Source: Epithemia pelagica
Taxonomy: Eukaryota; Protista; Bacillariophyta
Direction of reading: 5' to 3'
Assembly: GCA_946965045.2 (NCBI GenBank)
Contig: OX337241.1
Location: 2,418,001-2,482,000 of the forward strand
Length of the DNA: 64,000 nt
Below, piece by piece: positions 57,601 to 64,000 of the stretch. Position 1 is the stretch's first letter; every line of letters starts with the position of its first letter. The translations under genes were made by a program, and so were the position numbers. Under the pieces are notes generated by a model. The model saw only the letters and a program-made list of their open reading frames with translations, did no database searches and had not been told where the DNA came from.

Positions 57601-57942
57601 GAATTGATTGATGAAGGAGAGACGGATCACAAGATTTTGTGTATTTCCTTGACCGACAAGGACGCTGGGTATATTCATTCGTTGGAGGATTTGGAAAAGT
57701 TGAAGCCGGGCCATTTGGATCGTCTCAAGGATTGGTTGAAGCGATACAAGACCAGTGATGGCAAGCCGGAAAATAGTCTTGCCTCTGAAATTCCCAAGAC
57801 GGCCTCCCAAGCCATGGGTGTGATCGAAGAAACCCATTTGCGATGGAAGTCGCTATGTGGACATGATGGTACTTATCTAACCATGCTTTCAAGCAAAGCT
57901 CAAAAGTTTTGGCTCAATAGCCCAGGGTGCCGAGGGGATTAA
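54688..57942 (+). CDS. PAPSS: Trifunctional APS kinase - ATP sulfurylase - inorganic pyrophosphatase (PAPS synthase fusion) with N-terminal membrane anchor
   Basis: APSK P-loop WMTGCSGAGKTT and RLDGDNLR. ATPS AFQTRNPTHAGH and GRDPAG. Family I PPase YGLLPQTWEDP, GDNDPLDV and DEGETDHKI. The 5' end is uncertain: the frame is open from 54649, after a ttttag acceptor-like site. Confidence 0.95.
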   Translation: MSSGGGGNSGDHLVHERMPLCVGFCVLLAIVYVLSRTGNQDAFLTQQQQQQPVVGTDARTVESNAAATTTSHSDVRIPSSVTTTPAPVDNKSPKQQVASDSSSKQQSPTPPELSSDSPQDCNCPDLENTEEVIASLREKALANSPPHIIECAQAERGESQEACHLPSKERYAALGQKGATLWMTGCSGAGKTTIATALEERLVKQYGKHVYRLDGDNLRTGINRDLGFSKADRAESVRRTGELATLFTDAGVITLVGLISPYQADRDAVRQRHVEQGLPFYEVFLDVPLEELEKRDPKNQYKNVKAGKLKHFTCVDDPYEAPEFPEITLRTHEQEIEDSVNQLFRRLERDGILIGAPKLAPPGLPNPDGDVLVDLHVPDELKATRMAEAETLPKVLITDIELNWLQTIGEGWASPLKGFMREGTLLETLHFNSILTDPFNLTGNANRLEMQTDFSHFPEHLPPNRVSMSVPITLSCTSFTRDAIQGSHSVALVTQMGQTVAILRDPEIYNNRKEEIATRMFGVIDPDHPYIKHIYAGGDFLIGGEVELLDRIRYNDGLDQWRKTAQELMQEFEAKGADTVYAFQTRNPTHAGHAYLMRSAGEDLRKKGYEKPVLWLSPLGGWTKEDDVPLDVRVKQHEEVLAAGLTHPGGLDPETTVMAIWPSPMVYAGPTEVQFHAKSRRSAGASFFVVGRDPAGMKGSSNAVAHADDDLYDGDHGRYVLQYSPGIGDMQMLSFVKVMYDVTDNVMKEPDPSRPQDFISISGSKMRLLARNGAHPCSPTDIPTDLVGANCVPSGFMVPKGWDMVVDYYKNIDSDRWTPWSKPFIDPPVAQHTTKEGGSFGSTKFMLKSSNYESLWHDVPLFPTDAQFKNYNNIINMVTEIPLHFAPKMEVQKEKANNPISQDSNKDGSPRYYTYGVPFFNYGLLPQTWEDPNVRSADGYGGDNDPLDVIELGSTQLEMGSITPCRVLGELELIDEGETDHKILCISLTDKDAGYIHSLEDLEKLKPGHLDRLKDWLKRYKTSDGKPENSLASEIPKTASQAMGVIEETHLRWKSLCGHDGTYLTMLSSKAQKFWLNSPGCRGD

Positions 57943-58243
57943 GCAAGCTTATGAAAATCGCGGAATCTCTCATCGACCATGATTACTAGACCAGCCTTGC
58001 ATGATTGACGTGAACCCCATCAGCCGCCTTGCCAAGCGATCCCATTGTCGACGTCCAAGGGAACCGGATCCCTCCACTATATAGAAGAAACACAAACTTC
58101 AAGTCTCATGGAAACTATACATTGTGTGTACTCTAGAAATGCATTACTGTATGGTACATATTCAACATGGTATTGTATTTTGTTCATCTCTCCGTATAAC
58201 CTAGCCTTTTGGTCGGAAGGAGACCAAGTCTTACGTGTGCAAG

Positions 58244-59014
58244 TCACGACATGGCATGAAGACGCGCCAGTTGCTGTCTGCTCAGTGGCTTGGGTCGTTG
58301 TCTCGACGATCGCAGAACAAACAGTTTGCGACTGCGACTTCGTCGTCTTTTGGAGAATGTTGGACATTCACTACTTGGAATGTCATTCGCGTCCATGACC
58401 TGCTCCCTCGAATCATCCAGCTCATAGAGCTCCAAACTCAGATATACTGGACCGTCGCCGACACCTCCCTCATCCAGTAATGTCCTGGCAAGTTCGGCCT
58501 CGGCAACCTCGTGTTGTCCCTCCTCTCCATCCTCGGTACTTTCCGTGGTGGAGAGGGAGGAGAAACTGAGTTGTCGTGCTCCCACATGAAATTCGTCGTC
58601 TTCCCCACCATGATTGTCGTCCAGCTCGGGATTGAATTGAAGAAATCGTTGTTCTGTGGAGAACTTTCTCACAAGCGAATCCATACGGCTGAGAGGAACA
58701 TTGGCAATTCGAGATCGTTTCCATTGTCGACTCGAAAAGGGAGGTGTTTGGAGACTGGACTCGTCGTCATCGTCGGTAAGCAGAATTGTGGATTCCTCGT
58801 CCAGCTGGTCGATGTCATTGTCATTCTCGTCTCCTGTGGCATGAAGATCAATAGCGTCCATGGATCGGCAACACCAAGAACTTGTGGAAAACCACAAAAG
58901 CATCACCATTCTGAGAGAGAGAGAGAGTTCTTCCGAGTCACAATCGTGGACGACGAGTCCGTGTGTGTGTGTGTCGTTTCCTCTCTCCGAAACTCTATTG
59001 TTTGTCACACCCAC
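58244..59014 (-). CDS. Hypothetical acidic low-complexity protein
   Basis: 256-aa ORF with D/E runs and a basic C-terminus (KRRRSRSRK). No family recognised. Confidence 0.4.
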   Translation of the reverse strand: MGVTNNRVSERGNDTHTHGLVVHDCDSEELSLSLRMVMLLWFSTSSWCCRSMDAIDLHATGDENDNDIDQLDEESTILLTDDDDESSLQTPPFSSRQWKRSRIANVPLSRMDSLVRKFSTEQRFLQFNPELDDNHGGEDDEFHVGARQLSFSSLSTTESTEDGEEGQHEVAEAELARTLLDEGGVGDGPVYLSLELYELDDSREQVMDANDIPSSECPTFSKRRRSRSRKLFVLRSSRQRPKPLSRQQLARLHAMS

Positions 59015-59548
59015 AAACGTTCCCGCGAAAGACAGTGGTCACACACGTTAGTGGATTGACTCTGTTGGTGGATTTGTGTTGATGCTTTGTTCGTTGTTGT
59101 TTGTTTGAGAGAATACGAATGGTTTGTGCTCTTTGCGGTTTGTTGTGGCCCCTGTGGGTTCGATGGATGCCGTTCCCCCATCGCCCAAAGGTTAGGAGCA
59201 ACGCGTGTATGCATAGGCCGTACGATCAAAAACGGACCAATGGCTCGATGGTTCGTTAATTGTCGTGTGACATGGAATCGGTTGAAATACTGTACGATGG
59301 AATGATAGTACCGTAAAAGGTGACTTGCATTCTTAAGGGACACGAATGAGATATACGACCCCAGACGGGACCAAGTCCCGCGCAGGACCTGACGAGAACA
59401 CCGGTCGACCTGCGGATTCCAACGGGCCATCACAAACTTGCGGGAGCACGAACCAACTGCCAACGAGACTACAGAGAATGAATTATTGCTGCTACTATCA
59501 TTCGCATTTGTTATTTGTGTATTTCTGACGCGCACAACAAGAGATGAG

Positions 59549-59797
59549 ATTGGGATTCTTGGATTCGAGTCCATGAATCTCGTTCCACCAGAGTACCATC
59601 CAATGTTGTTGCCCATTCTTGCTTTCTCCACAAGAACCACAGCTGGTGTCTTCCAATCAACCGAGCAATATAGAAAATGAATGTCAAATCTCTGATGGTC
59701 AGACTCAAACAAACGAGGACATTGGGATTGGATTCCAGTCCATGTGAATCTCGTTCCACCAAAGCACCATTCAATGTTGCCCATTCTTGCTGTCTCC
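59549..59797. repeat. Two diverged direct copies of an about 80-bp segment (59549-59629 and 59721-59797)
   Basis: Shared gaatctcgttccacca...aatgttgcccattcttgct core, 172 bp apart. Confidence 0.8.
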
Positions 59798-60383
59798 GTG
59801 CCGAACATACATCGATCTAGGTAGTGCAACTGGCTAGTAGAGACCCCCGAGGTCCCATGCAAAAAAGGAGGCGCGTTGTGCGAAGGATTGTTCCAAGGAT
59901 GCTTGAGGTTGGACAGAGGGAATAGAACACCAGCACTACCTGCTCGACTCTCCATGTTTCCAGCTTGTGTCTCGGTAGAGAGTTTTAGGTGTCGCTTGAC
60001 GATTGGCCGAGAGAGGCGACATACACAACTGTCATCAATTAAAGATGGGTCCAATTTCGCAAATGAACTCAAAGAAGAGAAGGAGAAAAAGGGATCGTCT
60101 CGAGTATTTCAGCAAATGTCGCGGTCAGGGAAAGAGGAGAAGGAGACCATCCATCCATGCGCAGAAAACATTCGATTCCATCCACCAGTCGCAGTTCCGG
60201 GCCACGCATCCGCAAAGATCGGAATTCGGAGAGCCGGGTATTGTGGGGCTGTCCAGGTAGTACTGATTATTCTAGTCTGCATGTTCCTCACATAGGCCTC
60301 TTTGAGGGCCTAAGCCTCCAAAAATTACGACTCGCGTGACGTTTTTCGTTCCTGTTGCATTTTGGGGGTCTCCCTACCACATA

Positions 60384-62093
60384 CGAGCTCCATCAATCGA
60401 TATGGGTAACCGTAGTGGCCCGTGCTTCACGTTTCCGATACTCGGTTGAACTTCCGGCCCTACGAGATTCACTACACCATACATTTTCCTAAAGTAAAAT
60501 GAATTGCCCTCATGCTCTTGCACATTTTGTTGCGAGATTCTTCTCACCAACGGCACCCACACCATCACCATGGTGAGGCGGCGCTAGCACAATAATCAAC
60601 CCGCCTCCTCTACGAGTATGCATATAAACAGCTACTAGTACAGAACATCTATCTAGCTTAGTACATGCTTCTTTGTGTCGTAGGTCGTACAATAGGCAAT
60701 CGTTTCGGTGTTGAGTATGGTGCTGTTGCCGTGCCGTGGTCGCCGAATGTTTTGCCGTTTGGCCGAAACGAGCAGTTGATTGTTGAGTATGTCATTGTCG
60801 TCGGATGTCGCTGTCGTCGCTTGTCGTTGTCGCCGCTTGTCGTTGTTGCCGCTTGCTGTCTTGTCGCATGCCGTTGTCGTCGCTTGTCGTTGTCACCGCT
60901 TGCTGTTGTTGAAGGGCACAGTCTCGGGCAGAGGGTTCGGTGACAGCGAATAGTTGATTGTTGCGTGGGGGTTGTTGTTGTTGTTGTTGTTGCCGAGTGT
61001 TGTTTTTGTTGTTGTTTGTTCATTCGTTCGTTCGTTCGATCAGTGGCGGTGAGTAGTTGATTGTTGTGTTTGGATTTTTGTTGTCGCCGAGTGTTGTTGT
61101 TGTCGTTCATTCGTTCTTTCGTTCGTTCGTTCATTCGATCGATCAGCTGTGACATCGTCGCCGATTGTTTCGCCATTTGTAGTTGAGCCGCTTGTGGTTG
61201 TCGTTGTCGTCGCTTGTTACCACCAGTGGACGAGGCTTCGATTTGTTGGGTGAGGGCAACGAAAAGACGAGGAGTTGATTGTTTCGTCGCACGGTAGAAG
61301 AAGGAGGACGACCACACCATCTTGTCGCCGAGTCTTGCCGCCGAGTGTCGTTGTCGAGTGTTGTTGCCGAGTGTTGTTGTTGTTCGTTCGGTGGCAGCGA
61401 GGAGTGAGTAGTTGATTGTTGTGTTTGGGTTTTGGGTTGTTGTTGTTGTTGCCGAGTGTTGTCGACTCGCAAGGCTCTTCGACCACCGCCCATCAGCTTC
61501 ACGGCATCCCCTCCTTCTTCCACTCAAATTGTGCTGTGGGAATCAGCCGCACCACCGGCACCACCATCGTCTGTCGCAGTAGAAGCAGTCCTTCCACCCA
61601 CGGTTCACGTTTGTTTTGTCTGGACAAATCAGCTTTTGTTGCGTTTGAGCCACCAACGGTCGAGGCTTTCCAATGTTGTGCTCGGTCTATTAAGTGACGA
61701 GGAGTTGATGGCTGCATGCGGACGTATGATCGGTGACTTGCTGGATGCATTCTATCGGTTGTCGTCGTCTTCTTCTCAAGGTCACTTCCTCTGTTTCGGA
61801 TGCCAAATAAGGAAGACTTCAAAACCTTGCCGTCGGTCCATAAAAAAAGCCAACTCATCCCTGCCCGCCCATTCCCTCACGGTACACTTGATTCTTAGGC
61901 ATCCTTGATGGTCGCAAGAGAGCTGGCACCTTTCGTTGGAGGTGCACACCGGCTTGAGTGTGTCATGGTGGGGTTACGAAGTGCAAAATGACCGTAGTGG
62001 TGTCCCTACGAAGTTAGAATCACTGTAGAAAAAACAGTGGGGGTATGAAAAGCACGGGCCACTACGGTTACCCATATCGATTGATGGAGCTCG
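60384..62093. mobile_element. Non-autonomous TIR element (MITE-like, Tc1/mariner-type ends), 1710 bp
   Basis: Perfect 46-bp inverted repeat at 60382-60427 and 62050-62095, including the terminal TA (TA|CGAGCTCC...GGAGCTCG|TA). The interior is low-complexity (GTT/GTC)n with no transposase. Confidence 0.75.
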
Positions 62094-62487
62094 TACATAT
62101 GTATATTTATAGTGCCCTTGAAGTCCTGTGATGCGGATGGGGCCTCTCTTGGCGTCCAAAAAGCCCCACAAATGCCCTGATGGACACGACACCCAACCGA
62201 AACAAAAAATCAATGAATGAGATCCTCCCCAGAATTTTGTCGCGCAAATCGCAATAGACAACCAGCAAACGAGGTTCAGAGGAAATCCATCTTCCCCTCT
62301 CTGGGTGGTAAGGACACACAGCAAAGATACACCAAAAGGTTGTGAGGATTGGTGGTGGTGGTCGTCTCTGGAAACAAAAACGAGTTGTTGCATTCATTCC
62401 CCACAACGCGCTCGATCGAGATTCTGAGAACCGAACTCACAGTTACACGGAAATCTTTTTTCGCCAAGACGAGAGCCGATCGACACG

Positions 62488-64000
62488 ATGGCAGACGCTT
62501 TGAGGATGAAAGCCAAGAAACGAAACACGAAAACAAAAACAGCAGCAGCACCATCACGTCTCAACGGCCACCAGGAAAAGGAATGTCATTTGCACCAGGA
62601 GACTGATTCCAACCAAAACCCCTCAAGTCTCGGTCCGAACCTCAAGAGCCATGTGCCCTGCCAACAACAACAACAAGAAGAAGAACATGGAGACAACCAC
62701 AACCACAAGCGCAGCGAGTATTATCGCGTCCTCCTTCCCAAAAATCCCAGTGGATGTACCTTTTATTTTTACGAAACGCCCGAGGGTACGGCCGCCTTTC
62801 GCAAATTTGATTGCTTGGCCGATGGATCGCCGTGTGCATCGATTGGCTTGATTCGACACAGGGGCGATGTCTTTTGTCAAGTTCATGACACGTGTTTGCA
62901 GTCCTTGACGTACCAACAAGCCCGTCGTGTCTTGAAACGATGTTTTCGTCAACACCTGGTCGTTCCCTTGGTCATGCGCGATTGTACCTTCCAGCGTAAC
63001 ACTACACGGTCCGAACCGACAACCATAACAACGACACTTCCGACAACACTCGTAGCATCTGGTTTGGATCGGAACACTGGAAACACCCAGCCAGCAACGA
63101 GGGTGCCTTGCTCCTCCACCAAACCACACCCCCCAATGACCCGCCAAAGACCACAACAACAACAACTAGTACCAGTCAAGGTCCAACAAACCCAATCTGC
63201 TACCAATTCGTCGGCAGCCCCCAATCATTCTACTACTACTACTTCATCACCATCCTCCTCCCAACAACGACCACCAATCCTCCGAGACGACGACAACAAC
63301 AACAAGACTCGGGATGATAGGGATCATCAAAATCATGAAACTAATCATACCGACAACCAACAACAGCAGCAGCAACAACAACAAAGATTGGAAACCATGA
63401 AACGATTGGAAGCACAATTGCGTCAGATTCGACTCCGGACCAAATCCAGGGCGGCTGCCCTGTACGCCGCACGCCGTCGCAAGGACAAACTACTAGGAGT
63501 ACTAGGACAAGAGCCGTTTGTCGATCGTTCATTTTCTTCGTGGACCGACGATACCACCGAGTGGTCGTCCTTTCTCACCGAACAAGAAGAAGAAGAACAA
63601 GAAGACAATGACAACGACGACAACGAGGATCCTGTTGGGCATGGCTCCTCCTCCATGTACAGAGACAACAATGTCTTGCTGCTGGGAGATGAAACCGTTT
63701 CGGTATCATCCTTATCCTTGCCGCTCTTGGACCAAGCCTTGAGTTTGACTCAAAATGTAGTCACCTTGTTGTTGGATCGGGAAGACGATGACAATCATTG
63801 TACTGCTCATGACGACAAAGATGATGACGACGACCAGTATTGTCACACATACCTCCCGGACCATCATCAGCATACGACAAAAAAGAGGATTAACAAGACA
63901 ATGGGCCGAGTGATATCCTCCCATCCACCCACGTGTATAGTGTTGGACGAAGCCTTGGATTTGACCAAGAGTCTGTGCGCTGTCTTGAACCAAGACGATA
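62488..64000 (+). CDS. PDZ-like domain protein, partial (runs off the window end; absent from the ORF track)
   Basis: Hand translation shows the frame open from 62428 to 64000, first ATG at 62488. It contains VLLPKNPSGCTFYF...LADGSPCASIGLIRHRGDVFCQVHDTCLQSLTYQQARRVLK, which resembles a PDZ fold. Confidence 0.55.
   Translation, partial: MADALRMKAKKRNTKTKTAAAPSRLNGHQEKECHLHQETDSNQNPSSLGPNLKSHVPCQQQQQEEEHGDNHNHKRSEYYRVLLPKNPSGCTFYFYETPEGTAAFRKFDCLADGSPCASIGLIRHRGDVFCQVHDTCLQSLTYQQARRVLKRCFRQHLVVPLVMRDCTFQRNTTRSEPTTITTTLPTTLVASGLDRNTGNTQPATRVPCSSTKPHPPMTRQRPQQQQLVPVKVQQTQSATNSSAAPNHSTTTTSSPSSSQQRPPILRDDDNNNKTRDDRDHQNHETNHTDNQQQQQQQQQRLETMKRLEAQLRQIRLRTKSRAAALYAARRRKDKLLGVLGQEPFVDRSFSSWTDDTTEWSSFLTEQEEEEQEDNDNDDNEDPVGHGSSSMYRDNNVLLLGDETVSVSSLSLPLLDQALSLTQNVVTLLLDREDDDNHCTAHDDKDDDDDQYCHTYLPDHHQHTTKKRINKTMGRVISSHPPTCIVLDEALDLTKSLCAVLNQDD

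Noticed and set aside
56971-57837. 288-aa minus-strand ORF
   Set aside because: Antisense shadow of the PAPS synthase-PPase gene.
59309-59318. taccgtaaaa, matching the start of the MULE TIR
   Set aside because: Only 10 bp match, similarity does not extend, and no partner end was found.
60658-61527. 289-aa minus-strand ORF rich in T/Q/R/N
   Set aside because: Product of stop-poor simple repeats inside the MITE-like element.
1-64000. rRNA, tRNA or prokaryotic operon features
   Set aside because: None recognised. Spliced genes and eukaryotic TEs throughout indicate nuclear DNA.

Overview
Eukaryotic nuclear DNA, most likely from a diatom. The evidence is short GT-AG introns, bipartite plastid-targeting peptides, an APS kinase-ATP sulfurylase-pyrophosphatase fusion, a CoDi-like Copia element and (ACA/TTG)n-rich low-complexity genes. 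Positions 1.9-32.3 kb are a dense transposon cluster. (i) A complete, apparently very young Ngaro/DIRS-type tyrosine-recombinase retrotransposon (1926-11608) has split direct repeats A1-B1-A2-B2. Its gag stop (TGA-CGG) is followed in frame by an ORF with degenerate C5-methyltransferase-like motifs, then a G7 candidate -1 frameshift into RT/RNaseH, then an overlapping YR ORF. (ii) A 6.6-kb TIR-bounded Mutator-like (MULE/SWIM) element (11719-18317) carries a convergent TET/JBP-like Fe(II) dioxygenase ORF and a 179-bp tandem array. This is the most interesting candidate system in the window. (iii) A decayed Copia element (22340-32262) has its 5' LTR split by a PIF/Harbinger transposon with a TAA target duplication. 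Host genes include a BET-type bromodomain protein, an HCF164-like thioredoxin, a Kelch protein, ABCF2, HID1, phosphoglycerate mutase, a PsbQ-like lumen protein, a membrane-anchored APSK-ATPS-PPase and a PDZ-like protein that runs off the window end. There are also several pseudogenes and a TA-flanked non-autonomous TIR element (60384-62093). All calls come from reading motifs and aligning by eye; no database searches were run.
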